Assembly (NCBI GenBank): GCA_027013145.1
Contig: JALUXX010000011.1
Coordinates: 192,556-256,555 of the forward strand
Direction: 5' to 3'
DNA from: Gammaproteobacteria bacterium
Lineage (GTDB): Bacteria > Pseudomonadota > Gammaproteobacteria > 21-64-14
DNA length: 64,000 nucleotides
The notes below the pieces were generated by a model, which saw only the letters and a list, made by a program, of their open reading frames with translations, ran no database searches and was not told the DNA's origin. Of the stretch, positions 50,818-61,261 are shown piece after piece. The position numbers and the translations under genes are program-made. Numbering within the stretch: the stretch's first letter is position 1; each line of letters begins with the position of its first letter.

Positions 50818-51428
50818 GCTACCAGCAGATCAATCTCTACCAGCCGATCTTCCGCAAGCAGCGCCGGATCTTCTCGACGGTCACGATGCTGCAGGCCGCC
50901 GCGCTGGTCTTCGCCGGGCTGCTGGCGATCTACGGCTACAGCCGTGCCCAGGTCGCCACTCTCGGGACCGAGGTCGGGCGCCTGCAGGCGCTCGAGCACC
51001 AGAAGACGCAGGAGCTGCTGGCGCTCAGCCGCCAGTTCCCGCCCCCGGTGAAGTCGCAGCGGCTCGCGGCCGAGGTCGCGCGCCTCGCGGCCGAGGTGCG
51101 CACCCGGCGCGCCGTGCTGAAGCTGCTTTCGAGCCGGAAGTTCGGCAATACGGCCGGCTTCTCCGCCCATCTTGCCGGCTTGGCACGTCGTGACCCGCCC
51201 GGCGTCTGGCTCACCGGGATCGACGTCGCCGCGGGCGGGACCGAACTCACCCTGGCCGGGAGCGCCCTGCGCCCGGCGCTCGTCCCGCGGCTCCTGGCGC
51301 GGCTGGCCGCGGAGCCGGCCTATCGCGGGCGCGCCTTCGACGTCTTCCGCCTCGCGCGGCCCAAGGGCGATCCGGGCTGGATCGACTTCACCGTGCGCAC
51401 CGCCGCCAGACGGGAGGCGGCGAAATGA
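50814..51428 (+). CDS. PilN-domain MSHA protein (MshI2-like)
   Basis: MSYQQINLY, TM segment, coiled coil, GVWLTGI. Confidence 0.85.
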   Translation: MSYQQINLYQPIFRKQRRIFSTVTMLQAAALVFAGLLAIYGYSRAQVATLGTEVGRLQALEHQKTQELLALSRQFPPPVKSQRLAAEVARLAAEVRTRRAVLKLLSSRKFGNTAGFSAHLAGLARRDPPGVWLTGIDVAAGGTELTLAGSALRPALVPRLLARLAAEPAYRGRAFDVFRLARPKGDPGWIDFTVRTAARREAAK

Positions 51429-52132
51429 ACGCCGCCGAACTCAAGGTGCGCGTGCAGGCGCTCGCCGCGCGCATCGACGCCCTCACGCTGCGCGAGCGGG
51501 CCCTGCTGCTCGCCGCGCTCCTGGTGGTGCTCTACGTACTCTGGTCGAACCTGATGATGGCTCCGCTCGAGGCCCGCCGGAAGGCCGAACAGGACCAGGT
51601 GGCACAGCTCAATTCGCGCATCGCGCTGCTCGACCGCCAGGCGCGCGCGGTGATCGCGCGCGGCAACGAGGACCCGGATCGCGCCGCACGCGAACGGCGC
51701 GCCGCGCTGCGCGGGGAGATCGCCGACCTGAACCGCCGGCTGCGCCGCTACACCGCCAACCTGATCTCGCCCACGGCGATGGTGCAGGTGCTGGAACGGG
51801 TGCTGCGGCGCGAGCCCGGCCTGCACCTGATCGCCGCGCGCAGCCTCCCGGCCGTGCCGCTGTTGCAGCAGTCCGCCCCCGCCAAGGGGAAAAAAGGCAC
51901 GAAGGCGTCGGCGCACCGGGTTGCGGCCACCGCCGGGATCTACAAGCGCGGCCTGACACTCGAGTTCGACGGCACCTTCCCGGCGACGCTGCGCTATGTC
52001 AAGGCGCTGGAGGCGCTGCCCTGGCAGCTCTTCTGGGACCGGATCGACTACCGCGTGGAGCGCTACCCGCGCGCCCGGGTGACCATCACCGTGCACACGC
52101 TGAGCCTGACCCCGGGGTGGATCGGTGTCTGA
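51425..52132 (+). CDS. mshJ: MSHA biogenesis protein MshJ
   Basis: DALTLRERALL, YKRGLTLEFDG, LEALPWQLFWD, VHTLSL..GWIGV. Confidence 0.88.
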   Translation: MNAAELKVRVQALAARIDALTLRERALLLAALLVVLYVLWSNLMMAPLEARRKAEQDQVAQLNSRIALLDRQARAVIARGNEDPDRAARERRAALRGEIADLNRRLRRYTANLISPTAMVQVLERVLRREPGLHLIAARSLPAVPLLQQSAPAKGKKGTKASAHRVAATAGIYKRGLTLEFDGTFPATLRYVKALEALPWQLFWDRIDYRVERYPRARVTITVHTLSLTPGWIGV

Positions 52133-52526
52133 CGCCGCCCCGATCCGCGCGCGCCGCCGCGCCCGCCGCCGGGCGGCCGCCCTGGTGTTGCTGGCGGCGG
52201 GCCTCGGCGTGCGCGCGGACGCGACCCTGCGCGACCCGACGCGCCCGCCCGTGCTCGCCGCCCCCGCGCAGGCGCGCGCCGCGCACGCGGCGGTCTGGCG
52301 CCTGACCTCGACCCTGATCTCCCCGCAGCGGCGCATCGCCGTGATCAACCGGCGCACGGTCGAGGCCGGGCAGCGCGTCGACGGCGCGGTGGTGGTATGG
52401 ATCGGCCCGGGCCGGGCGCGGGTACGCCACAACGGACGCGAGATCACGCTGCACCTGCTGCCCGGTGCGGTGAAGACTCCGGCGGGGCGCGCGGCGCCCC
52501 CCGAACGAGAAGGCGGTGATCCATGA
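52125..52526 (+). CDS. mshK: MSHA biogenesis protein MshK
   Basis: LRDPTRPP, LISPQRRIAVIN. Confidence 0.85.
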   Translation: MSDAAPIRARRRARRRAAALVLLAAGLGVRADATLRDPTRPPVLAAPAQARAAHAAVWRLTSTLISPQRRIAVINRRTVEAGQRVDGAVVVWIGPGRARVRHNGREITLHLLPGAVKTPAGRAAPPEREGGDP

Positions 52527-54406
52527 AGACGAACCCCTTGCGGGGCGCAAGCCCCACGCGCGGCACGATCCCTTATCGGAGCGCGGGCCCGGCACGGGCG
52601 ATGCGCGCCGCGGCGGCGATCGCCGGCGCGATCGCGCTCGCCGGCTGCGCGGCGCTGGCGCCGCCCGCCCCCAAGGCGCAGACCCCCGCTGCGCACGCGG
52701 CGGCGATGCATCACCCGCCCGCGCCCGCCGCGACGCGCGCCGCGCCGCCCGCCGCGGTGCGCCAGGCGCTGCTGCCGCCCGTGCAGTTGAACCTGGGGCC
52801 TGAAGGACCAGGGGCCTCCGGCGCTGCGTCGGGCGCCGGGGCGCGCTTCGACGTGCGCGTCCACGACGCCCCGGCGCGCCAGTTCTTCATGAGCCTGGTG
52901 CAGGGGACGCCGTACAACATGCTGGTCAACCCCGGGGTCAAGGGGCGCATCTCGCTGCGGCTCAAGAACGTGACCATCGAGCAGGTCCTGGAGGCGGCGC
53001 GCGATGTCTACGGCTACGACTTCCGCCGGACCGCGCTGGGCTTCGAGGTGCTGCCCCCGAGCCTGCGCACGCGCATCTTCCAGGTGAACTACCTCGACAT
53101 CCAGCGCCTCGGCAAGTCGGAGACGCGCGTGAGCTCCGGCCAGATCAGCCAGAACCCCTATGGCTACGGGGGCGCCTATGGCGCCGGGGGCGCGACGGGC
53201 GGGATCGGCGGCGCCTTCGGCCCGACGACGGTGGGCGGCGTGGGCAACGCCGTGAGCCTGCCGAGCAGCAGCATCAAGACCAAGACCGACAACGACGTCT
53301 GGAAGAATCTCACCAAGGCGCTGACCGCCATGGTCGGCGACAAGGACGGGCGCCAGGTCATCGTCAGCCCGGATTCGGGCGTCGTCGTGGTGCGCGCCAT
53401 GCCGCGGGAGCTGCACGAGGTGGCGAAGTTCCTGCGCACCGTGCAGGGCAGCCTGCGCCGCCAGGTGATCCTCGAGGCCAAGATCCTCGAGGTCGACCTC
53501 AATCACGGCTTCCAGTCCGGCATCAACTGGGCCGCGCTCGGCCAGGTCGGGACCAACAAGACCCTGCTCTTCGGCCAGACCGGCGGCGGCACGCTGCTCA
53601 ACGGCAAGCCCTCGAGCATCGCGGGCAACAGCGGCGACCTCAACCCGAACGCCCTCAAGCAGGTGGTCGGCACCGCGACTTCGGCCTTCGGCGGGGCCTT
53701 CAGCGTCGCGGCCAACCTGCACGACTTCAACGCCTTCATCGAGCTGCTCAAGACCCAGGGCACCGTACACGTGCTCTCGAGCCCCCGGGTGGCGACGGTC
53801 AACAATCAGCAGGCGGTCATCAAGGTCGGGACCGACGAGTTCTTCGTCACCAACGTCTCCAGCACCACGGTCACCGGCACCACCACCACGACCACGCCGA
53901 ACATCACGCTCACGCCGTTCTTCTCGGGGATCGCGCTCGACGTCACGCCGCAGATCGACGCGAGCGGCGACGTCACGCTGCACATCCACCCCACGGTCAG
54001 CAACGTCAAGGACCAGACCAAGACCATCACCGTGGCCGGCCAGCAGCAGACCCTGCCGCTCGCCTTGAGCACGGTGCGCGAATCCGACAGCGTGGTCTAT
54101 GCGCACAGCGGCCAGGTCGTCGTCATCGGCGGACTGATGCAGACCACGCGCCAGAAGGACGTGGCCGGCACGCCGATCCTGAGCGACCTCCCGGTGCTGG
54201 GCGCACTGTTCCGCCATACCAAGACGGCGCTGGCGAAGAGCGAGCTGGTCATCCTCCTGCGCCCGATCGTCGTCGAGGGCCCGCAGACCTGGGCGCACGC
54301 GGTCGAGGGCGCGCAACGGCGGATGGAGGCGATGGGCGCGGCCCCGGAGGACGCCGCGACGCGGGTGATCACCAACCTCTTCGGCTCCGGCTCCGACGCA
54401 AACTGA
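52523..54406 (+). CDS. mshL: MSHA secretin MshL
   Basis: Lipobox LAGC, STN domain, QVILEAKILEV, KVGTDEFFVT, PFFSGIALDVTPQI, KSELVILLRP. True start may be ATG 52601. Confidence 0.94.
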   Translation: MKTNPLRGASPTRGTIPYRSAGPARAMRAAAAIAGAIALAGCAALAPPAPKAQTPAAHAAAMHHPPAPAATRAAPPAAVRQALLPPVQLNLGPEGPGASGAASGAGARFDVRVHDAPARQFFMSLVQGTPYNMLVNPGVKGRISLRLKNVTIEQVLEAARDVYGYDFRRTALGFEVLPPSLRTRIFQVNYLDIQRLGKSETRVSSGQISQNPYGYGGAYGAGGATGGIGGAFGPTTVGGVGNAVSLPSSSIKTKTDNDVWKNLTKALTAMVGDKDGRQVIVSPDSGVVVVRAMPRELHEVAKFLRTVQGSLRRQVILEAKILEVDLNHGFQSGINWAALGQVGTNKTLLFGQTGGGTLLNGKPSSIAGNSGDLNPNALKQVVGTATSAFGGAFSVAANLHDFNAFIELLKTQGTVHVLSSPRVATVNNQQAVIKVGTDEFFVTNVSSTTVTGTTTTTTPNITLTPFFSGIALDVTPQIDASGDVTLHIHPTVSNVKDQTKTITVAGQQQTLPLALSTVRESDSVVYAHSGQVVVIGGLMQTTRQKDVAGTPILSDLPVLGALFRHTKTALAKSELVILLRPIVVEGPQTWAHAVEGAQRRMEAMGAAPEDAATRVITNLFGSGSDAN

Positions 54407-54410
54407 ACGG

Positions 54411-55346
54411 ATGGCATGCGCCGTGTACCTGCAACACTTCGGACTGCGTGAGGCGCCCTTCTCGCTGACGCCGGACACGGACTTCTTCTTCGCCGACAGC
54501 GGCCACCGCGAGGCGCTCAACGTGCTGCTGGTGGCGCTGCGCGGCGGCGAGGGCTTCGTCCGCATCACCGGCGAGGTGGGGACCGGCAAGACCCTGCTGT
54601 GCCGGCTGCTGCTGCGGGCGCTGGACGGCGAGTTCGTCACCTGCTACCTGCCCAATCCGTTTCTCACTCCGAGCGCGCTGCGCATGGCCTTCGCCGAGGA
54701 GCTGGGCATCGAGTTCCGCCGCAACCTCGGCCAGCACGGCCTGTTGAAGCTCATCCACAAACGACTGATCGGCCTCGCGGCCGCCGGGCGGCGCGTCGTT
54801 CTGTGCCTGGACGAGGCGCAGTCCCTGCCCGACGAGAGCCTGGAGTCCCTGCGCCTGCTCACCAATCTCGAGACCGAGAAGTCCAAGCTCCTGCAGGTGG
54901 TGCTGTTCGGTCAGCCCGAACTCGAACGGCGCCTGGCGCGCCACGGCCTGCGCCAGCTGCGCCAGCGCATCACCTTCGCCTACCGGCTGCACCCGCTCGG
55001 CCGGCGCGCCGCGGCCGCCTACCTGCGCCACCGCCTCGCGGTGGCCGGGCGCACCGACGGCGGGCCGCTCACCCCGCGCGCGCTGCGCGCGCTCACCCGG
55101 GCGGGCGGCGGGATCCCGCGCCGGCTCAACATCCTCGCGCACAAGGCCCTGCTCGCCGCCTACGGCGGCGGCGCGGCGCGTGTGGGAGCGCGACACGTGC
55201 GCCGCGCCGTGCGCGACGGGCGCGAGCGCCTGTCCGTCCGCGGCTGGCCGGCGCGCCAGCTCGGCCAGGCCGTCCCGGTGGCGGCGGCCGCCCTCGCCCT
55301 GGGCCTGGGGTTTGCGGTGGCGTTGTGGACAGGGCTCGTGCGATGA
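54411..55346 (+). CDS. mshM: ExeA-family ATPase MshM
   Basis: YLQHFGLREAPFSLTPDT, GEVGTGKT, DEAQ, LFGQPEL. Confidence 0.92.
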   Translation: MACAVYLQHFGLREAPFSLTPDTDFFFADSGHREALNVLLVALRGGEGFVRITGEVGTGKTLLCRLLLRALDGEFVTCYLPNPFLTPSALRMAFAEELGIEFRRNLGQHGLLKLIHKRLIGLAAAGRRVVLCLDEAQSLPDESLESLRLLTNLETEKSKLLQVVLFGQPELERRLARHGLRQLRQRITFAYRLHPLGRRAAAAYLRHRLAVAGRTDGGPLTPRALRALTRAGGGIPRRLNILAHKALLAAYGGGAARVGARHVRRAVRDGRERLSVRGWPARQLGQAVPVAAAALALGLGFAVALWTGLVR

Positions 55347-56404
55347 GCCTGATCAACGACATGCTGCGCGACCTCGAGGCGCGCCGCGCCCCGGCGCCGG
55401 CGCCGGGGCTGGACGGGGTCAGCGCCGTACCCGCCGCGCCCGCGACGGGGCGCCGTCGCCTGCTCCTGCCCGCCGCGGCGCTCGCCGCCGCGGGGATCGC
55501 CGGCGGCGCCTTCTGGTACGCCGGTCATCGCGCGCCGGCAGCGCACCCGCCGGCTGCGAAGGCGATACCGGCGCCGCGTGCACCCGCCGCCGCACTCGCG
55601 CCCGCCCGGGCCGCGGCCGCCGCGAGCGTGCCGCCGGCGGCGCCGGCCCTCCCGCCCGTGCGGACCCCCGCGCCGGTGGCGCACCCGCCGCCGGCCCACG
55701 CGCACGCCGAACCGAGCCTGCGCACCCCGACCCCGGCGCCGGAGCGGGCGCATGCCCGGAAGGCCGTGCGCGCGCCTTCCGCGGCGGCGCCGTCCGGCCG
55801 CCCCGCCCGCGGCATCGTACGCTCGATCCCGACGCCCGCGGCGCGGGCGGCGGGGCTGTACCGCGACGCGGTGCGACAACTGCGCGCGGGCGCCGCGGAG
55901 ACGGCGGAACAGACCCTGCAGCGTGCCCTGACACTCGACCCGGACCAACGCCGGGCGCGGGCGCTGCTCGCGGCGCTGTGGCTGCGCGCCGGGCGCACCG
56001 AGGCGGCACGGGCGCTGCTCGGGCCCTACGTCGCCGCCCACCCCGGGGCGCTGACGCTGCTGCGCCTCTACGCCCGCACCCTGATCGCCGCGGGCGATCC
56101 CGCCGGCGCGCGCCGCGCGCTCGAGGCGGCGCTGCCGGGTGCCGCCCGCGACGCCGACTTCGACGCCCTGCTGGCGGCGGTCTACTCGCGCCTGGGCGAA
56201 TACGCCCGCGCCGCCGCGGCCTACCGAGCGGGGCTGGCGGTCCGGCCGCTGGACGCCGCGCTCTGGGCGGGCCTGGCGATCGCCCTCGACCAGGACGGGG
56301 ATGCGCACGGGGCGCGGGCGGCATACCGCCGCGCCGCGCATATCGGGGGCCTGCCCGCGGCGCTCGCCGGCTACGTACGCGCGCGCCTCGCGGCCCTGGA
56401 CTGA
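55343..56404 (+). CDS. mshN: TPR protein MshN
   Basis: MSLINDMLRDLEAR, TM segment, Pro/Ala linker, TPR repeats. Confidence 0.88.
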   Translation: MSLINDMLRDLEARRAPAPAPGLDGVSAVPAAPATGRRRLLLPAAALAAAGIAGGAFWYAGHRAPAAHPPAAKAIPAPRAPAAALAPARAAAAASVPPAAPALPPVRTPAPVAHPPPAHAHAEPSLRTPTPAPERAHARKAVRAPSAAAPSGRPARGIVRSIPTPAARAAGLYRDAVRQLRAGAAETAEQTLQRALTLDPDQRRARALLAALWLRAGRTEAARALLGPYVAAHPGALTLLRLYARTLIAAGDPAGARRALEAALPGAARDADFDALLAAVYSRLGEYARAAAAYRAGLAVRPLDAALWAGLAIALDQDGDAHGARAAYRRAAHIGGLPAALAGYVRARLAALD

Positions 56405-56415
56405 GGCCTCCGCGC

Positions 56416-56443
56416 TCAAGAAAAACGGCCTTGCGGTCGATCT
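56416..56443 (+). promoter_or_regulatory. Sigma28-like promoter upstream of mshE
   Basis: TCAAG-N15-GTCGATCT. Confidence 0.4.
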
Positions 56444-56512
56444 GATCGAACGGACCCCGTGCGCGCCGCGGACGCGGCGGGCGCGAGGGACACAAGGAGC
56501 GGGCGGTCGGGC

Positions 56513-58276
56513 ATGGCGACACGCAAGAAGATCCGGATCGGCGACCTGCTGGTCCAGAACAAGGTGATCTCCGAGGCGCAGCTCGGCGCGGCGCTCGCGG
56601 AGCAGAAGAAGAGCGGGCGCAAGCTCGGGCGCACGCTGGTCGACCTCGGCTACGTGGAGGAGGAGCGCCTGCTGCGCTTCCTCTCCCAGCAGCTCGACAT
56701 CCCCTACGTCGACCTGCGCCACTACAAGGTGCGCCCGGAGACCGTACGCCTGCTCGCCGAGACCTACGCGCGCCGCTATCGGGCCATCGTCCTCGACGAT
56801 TCCGGGCCCGAGATCCTCGTCGGCATGGCCGACCCGACCGACATCTTCGGCTACGACGAACTCTCCCGCATCCTCAAGCGCCCGCTGCGCCAGGCGGTGG
56901 TGCGCGAAGCGGACCTGCTGCGCACCGTCGACGTGGTATACCGGCGCACCGAGGAGATCGTCAGCATCGCCGAGGAACTCAACGAGGACCTCACGCAGCA
57001 CGACTACGACCTCGCGCAGATCATGCAGACCGACGAGGCCGCCGATGCCCCCGTGGCGCGGCTGCTCAAGACGCTGTTCGAAGACGCCGTGCAGGTCAAC
57101 GCCTCCGACATCCACATCGAGCCGGACGAGAACGTGCTGCGCATCCGCCAGCGCGTGGACGGGGTGCTGCAGGAACAGGTGATGAAGGAGAAGCGCATCG
57201 CCGCCGCGCTGGTCCTGCGCCTGAAGCTGCTCGCCGCGCTCGACATCTCCGAGAAGCGCCTGCCGCAGGACGGGCGCTTCAACATCAAGGTAAAGGGCCG
57301 CTCGATCGACGTGCGCCTCTCGACCATGCCGGTGCAGTACGGGGAGTCGGTGGTCATGCGCCTGCTCGACCAGTCCGGCGGCATCCTCGACCTGGGCCAG
57401 CTCGGGATGCCGGCGCCGCTGCTGGCGCGCTTCCGCGGTCACATCCACAGCCCGCACGGGATGGTCCTCGTCACGGGCCCCACCGGCAGCGGCAAGACCA
57501 CGACGCTCTACGCCGCGCTCAGCGAACTCAACGCGCCGGAGAAGAAGATCATCACCGTCGAGGACCCGGTCGAGTACCGCCTCCCGCGCATCAACCAGGT
57601 GCAGGTGAACCCGAAGATCGACCTGACGTTCGCGAGCGTGTTGCGCGCCGGGCTGCGCCAGGATCCGGACATCGTCATGGTGGGCGAGATGCGCGACCGC
57701 GAGACGGCGCAGATCGGGCTGCGCGCGGCCATGACCGGCCACCTGGTGCTCTCGACCCTGCACACCAACGACTCGGTGACGACCGCCAGCCGGCTGGTCG
57801 ACATGGGCGCCGAGGGCTACCTGGTGGCGGCCGCGCTGCACGCGATCGTGGCGCAGCGCCTGGTGCGCCGCGTATGCGAGAGCTGCCGCGAACCCTACAC
57901 GCCCACGCCGCAGGAGCGCGCCTGGCTGGCGGCGACGACCGGCGCCTCCGCGCCCCCGGCGGGCCTGCAACGCGGGGCCGGCTGCCACCACTGCAACGAC
58001 ACCGGCTACCGCGGGCGCATCGGCGTCTACGAGCTGCTCGAGTTGGACCAGCCGATGGCCGACGCCCTGCGCCGCAACGACGCCGCCGCCTTCGCCCGCG
58101 CCGCGGCCGCCTCGAGCGGATTCCGGCCGCTGGCGCGCTGCGCCCTGGACTACGCCGAGCAGGGGCTGACCACGATCGAGGAGGTCATGCGCGTCGCGGG
58201 CGAGCAGGCCGGGGATTCCGGCCGCGGGGCCGATCCCGCGCCGGCCGGGACGCTCGAGGCTCCGGGCGCGTCCTGA
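56513..58276 (+). CDS. mshE: Pilus assembly ATPase MshE with MshEN c-di-GMP-binding domain
   Basis: RIGDLLV..LAEQ and KLGRTLVDLGY..LSQQ tandem motifs, GPTGSGKTT, RQDPD, STLHTN. Confidence 0.94.
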   Translation: MATRKKIRIGDLLVQNKVISEAQLGAALAEQKKSGRKLGRTLVDLGYVEEERLLRFLSQQLDIPYVDLRHYKVRPETVRLLAETYARRYRAIVLDDSGPEILVGMADPTDIFGYDELSRILKRPLRQAVVREADLLRTVDVVYRRTEEIVSIAEELNEDLTQHDYDLAQIMQTDEAADAPVARLLKTLFEDAVQVNASDIHIEPDENVLRIRQRVDGVLQEQVMKEKRIAAALVLRLKLLAALDISEKRLPQDGRFNIKVKGRSIDVRLSTMPVQYGESVVMRLLDQSGGILDLGQLGMPAPLLARFRGHIHSPHGMVLVTGPTGSGKTTTLYAALSELNAPEKKIITVEDPVEYRLPRINQVQVNPKIDLTFASVLRAGLRQDPDIVMVGEMRDRETAQIGLRAAMTGHLVLSTLHTNDSVTTASRLVDMGAEGYLVAAALHAIVAQRLVRRVCESCREPYTPTPQERAWLAATTGASAPPAGLQRGAGCHHCNDTGYRGRIGVYELLELDQPMADALRRNDAAAFARAAAASSGFRPLARCALDYAEQGLTTIEEVMRVAGEQAGDSGRGADPAPAGTLEAPGAS

Positions 58277-58301
58277 GCGCGGCCCCGCAGGACGCGAACC
58301 C

Positions 58302-59528
58302 ATGGCCCGATTCGAGTACCGCGGACGCAGCGAGCGGGGCGACGCCGTCACCGGCGTCCTCGAGGCGGCCTCCGCCGACGCGGTCGCGACCCAGCTCCTC
58401 ACCGGCGGGATCACCCCGATCGAGATCCACGCCGCGCGCGAGAGGCGCGACCTGCTCCAGGACCTGCGCCGCCGTCTCGGCGGCGGCGCCCCCGGGCTCG
58501 AGGAGCTGATCCTGTTCGCGCGCCAGATGCACACCCTGATGCGCGCCGGGGTGCCGATCATCCGCGCACTCAACGGGCTCGCGGAGACTTACACCAATCC
58601 CGTGTTCAAGGAGGCGCTCGCCGACGTCGTCGAGCACCTCGAGTCCGGCCGCGACCTCGCCGGTTCCCTGGCGCGCCACCCGCAGGTCTTCTCCTCGCTG
58701 TTCGTCAGCCTGGTGCAGGTCGGGGAGAACACCGGGCGCCTCGACGAGGCCTTCCTCCAGCTCGCCGCCTACCTGGAGATGGAGAAGCAGACCCGGGACC
58801 GCATCAAGGCGGCGCTGCGTTATCCGACGATCGTCATCGTCGCGATCGCCACCGCCCTGGCGATCATCAACCTCAAGGTCATCCCGGCCTTCGCGCGCGT
58901 CTACAGCGGCTTCCACGCCAAGCTGCCGGTGCCCACGCAGATCCTCATCGCCGTCTCCGATTTCACCGTCGCCTGGTGGCCCTACCTGCTCGCCGCCCTG
59001 ATCGCGAGCGTCGCCGGGGTCCGCTTCTACGTGCACACCGAGCAGGGCCGCTACCGCTGGGACAAGCTCAAGCTGCGCCTGCCGGTGGTCGGGGGGATCA
59101 TCCTGCGCGCCACGCTGGCGCGCTTCGCGCGCGCCTTCTCCATGTCCATGCGCTCGGGGGTGCCGCTGATCCAGGCGCTGACGGTGGTGGCGATGGCGGT
59201 CGACAACGAGTACGTCGGCGACCGCGTGCGCGCGATGCGCAACGGCGTCGAGCGCGGCGAGAGCCTCACGCGCACCGCCGCCACCACCGGCCTGTTCACA
59301 CCGCTGGTGCTGCAGATGCTCGCGGTGGGCGAGGAGACCGGCGCGGTGGACGAGCTGCTCGAGCAGGTCGGCGACTTCTACGAGCGCGAGGTCGACTACG
59401 ACCTGAAGAACCTCAGCGACGCGATCGAGCCCATCCTGATCGTCGCCATCGGCGTGATCGTGCTGGTCCTGGCCCTGGGCGTGTTCCTGCCCATGTGGGA
59501 CCTGGCGAGCGCCGTGCAGGGCCGCTGA
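58302..59528 (+). CDS. mshG: GspF/PilC-family platform protein MshG
   Basis: FARQMHTLMRAGVPI, GENTGRLD, GEETG, IEPIL, VFLPMWD. Confidence 0.93.
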   Translation: MARFEYRGRSERGDAVTGVLEAASADAVATQLLTGGITPIEIHAARERRDLLQDLRRRLGGGAPGLEELILFARQMHTLMRAGVPIIRALNGLAETYTNPVFKEALADVVEHLESGRDLAGSLARHPQVFSSLFVSLVQVGENTGRLDEAFLQLAAYLEMEKQTRDRIKAALRYPTIVIVAIATALAIINLKVIPAFARVYSGFHAKLPVPTQILIAVSDFTVAWWPYLLAALIASVAGVRFYVHTEQGRYRWDKLKLRLPVVGGIILRATLARFARAFSMSMRSGVPLIQALTVVAMAVDNEYVGDRVRAMRNGVERGESLTRTAATTGLFTPLVLQMLAVGEETGAVDELLEQVGDFYEREVDYDLKNLSDAIEPILIVAIGVIVLVLALGVFLPMWDLASAVQGR

Positions 59529-59529
59529 C

Positions 59530-60081
59530 GTGGCCCCGGCGGCGGCGCGCACCCGCGGCGGGGAGCGGGGCTTCACGCTGCTCGAGCTGGTGGTGGTGGT
59601 GATCCTGATCGCGGTGCTGATGTTCATCGCCATCGACCGGCTCATCCGCCTGCAGGCGGTGGCCGAACGCGTCGCCATGGACCAGGTCCTCGGGGGCCTG
59701 CGCAGCGCGCTGACCCTCCAGCTCGCGCAGCGCATCGTGAAAGGACGCACGGGCGATCTCGAGACCCTGGCACGGGCCAACCCGATGCGCTGGCTGGTAC
59801 GCCCGCCGCTCAACTACGCCGGGGCCTTCGAGCATCCGGACCCGGCGCGCATCGCCGGGGGGCAGTGGTACTTCGATCGCGGCTCCGACCGCCTGGTCTA
59901 CCGGGTGGCGCATGCGGCGGACTTCCGCACCCCCCTGCCGGGCCCGCCGCGGATCCGGTTCAAGGTCCGGCTGGTGGTGGCCGATAACCCGTCCGACGGG
60001 GTCCGCGGGGGCGTGGTCGGCGTGCGCCTCGACGCCCAGGAGCCCTACCGCTGGGTGCGCCCCGTGGGCGCCGGTGGCTGA
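59530..60081 (+). CDS. Prepilin-like protein (MshF/MshB position)
   Basis: [14 protein letters not shown] type IV leader; [16 protein letters not shown]. Confidence 0.8.
   Translation: MAPAAARTRGGERGFTLLELVVVVILIAVLMFIAIDRLIRLQAVAERVAMDQVLGGLRSALTLQLAQRIVKGRTGDLETLARANPMRWLVRPPLNYAGAFEHPDPARIAGGQWYFDRGSDRLVYRVAHAADFRTPLPGPPRIRFKVRLVVADNPSDGVRGGVVGVRLDAQEPYRWVRPVGAGG
59960..59987 (+). promoter_or_regulatory. Sigma28-like promoter upstream of the major pilin
   Basis: TCAAG-N15-GCCGATAA with a perfect FliA -10 element, inside the 3' end of the preceding gene. Confidence 0.55.
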
Positions 60082-60148
60082 GCCGCGGACCCGCTTCGGG
60101 ACCGGCGCAACGGACGGTCGATCGAGAGGACGAACGGGAGATATGGCA

Positions 60149-60604
60149 ATGAGGAAACAGGAAGGCTTTACGCTGATCGAGCTGGTGGTGGTGATCGTGA
60201 TCCTCGGGATCCTGGCCGCGACCGCCCTGCCCCGGTTCATCAACGTCACCAACGACGCCTACAAGGCGGCGGTGGCCGGCACCGCCGGCGGCTTCGGCTC
60301 CGGGATCGCGCTGTCCCACGCGCTCTGGATCGCCAAGAACGAGCCCGCGACGGTCACCATGGACGGCGGCTCGACCGTGAACATGACCGCCACCGGCTGG
60401 CCGAGCGTCGCCAGCGCCGCCGACTGCGTCAGCGTCTGGGACGGGGTCATGCAGAATCCGCCGAAGGCGGCGACCGCTGCGGGTACCGGCATCGACTTCG
60501 TCGCGGCGTATACGGCACCGACGTGCACATTCACCTACCAGAAGAACACCGCCATGAAGGTCACCTACAACGGAACGACCGGTAACGTGGGCTTCGTGAA
60601 CTGA
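60149..60604 (+). CDS. mshA: Major MSHA-type pilin
   Basis: [25 protein letters not shown], two Cys, GGGAG SD; followed by a terminator. Confidence 0.85.
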   Translation: MRKQEGFTLIELVVVIVILGILAATALPRFINVTNDAYKAAVAGTAGGFGSGIALSHALWIAKNEPATVTMDGGSTVNMTATGWPSVASAADCVSVWDGVMQNPPKAATAAGTGIDFVAAYTAPTCTFTYQKNTAMKVTYNGTTGNVGFVN

Positions 60605-60637
60605 TCCGCGCCCGTCGTCTGACCGGCCGTACCCGCC

Positions 60638-60679
60638 CCGGCCGGCCCGCGCAACGACGCGCGGGCCGGCCGGTTTTTT
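60638..60679 (+). terminator. Intrinsic terminator after the major pilin
   Basis: 15-bp perfect stem CCGGCCGGCCCGCGC / GCGCGGGCCGGCCGG, 6-nt loop, T6 tail. Confidence 0.88.
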
Positions 60680-60723
60680 CGCGCCCGGGGCGGGGGCCGT
60701 GGGTGCGCCCGGCGCCGGCCGCA

Positions 60724-60750
60724 TCAAGATCCGAGGCCCGATGCCGCTAC
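60724..60750 (+). promoter_or_regulatory. Sigma28-like promoter upstream of mshC
   Basis: TCAAG-N14-GCCGCTAC immediately after the terminator. Confidence 0.45.
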
Positions 60751-60795
60751 CCGGTCGATGGTCCGGCTCCCGGCCGCTGCAGCGGAGGCACGGCG

Positions 60796-61260
60796 ATGGC
60801 GCGCGAGGACGCCGCCGGGTTCACCCTGATCGAACTCGTGGTGGTATTGATCGTGGCCGGCGTGCTCGCGGCGGTGGGCGCGTCGCGCTTCTTCGTGCTC
60901 AAGGACTTCCAGGACCGCGGCTTCCATGACGCGACGCTGGCGGCGGTGCGCTACGCGCAGAAGGTCGCGGTGGCCTCCGGCTGCGATGTGGAGGTGCGCA
61001 TCGGCGGCGGCGGGTTCGCGCTCGACGAGCGTTCCGGCTGCACCGGCGGCGGCTTCAGCGTCCCGGTGCGCCGGCCCGGTTCCGGCGGGGCCTTCGCCGC
61101 GAGCGCCCCGTCCGGGGTGACCGTGGGCACGCTGGACTTCTACTACGACGCCCTCGGGCGCCCGCACGCACCGGGCGGGGCACCGCTCTCCGCGCCCGCC
61201 ACGGTCACGGTCGGCGCGGGCACGATCACGGTGGAGCGCGAGACGGGGTTCGTGCACTGA
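60796..61260 (+). CDS. mshC: Minor pilin MshC
   Basis: [37 protein letters not shown]. Confidence 0.85.
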   Translation: MAREDAAGFTLIELVVVLIVAGVLAAVGASRFFVLKDFQDRGFHDATLAAVRYAQKVAVASGCDVEVRIGGGGFALDERSGCTGGGFSVPVRRPGSGGAFAASAPSGVTVGTLDFYYDALGRPHAPGGAPLSAPATVTVGAGTITVERETGFVH

Positions 61261-61261
61261 G

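Noticed and set aside
53155..53255. Gly-rich insertion in MshL
   Set aside because: Low-complexity Gly/Ser linkers are usual at this position in MshL-type secretins.
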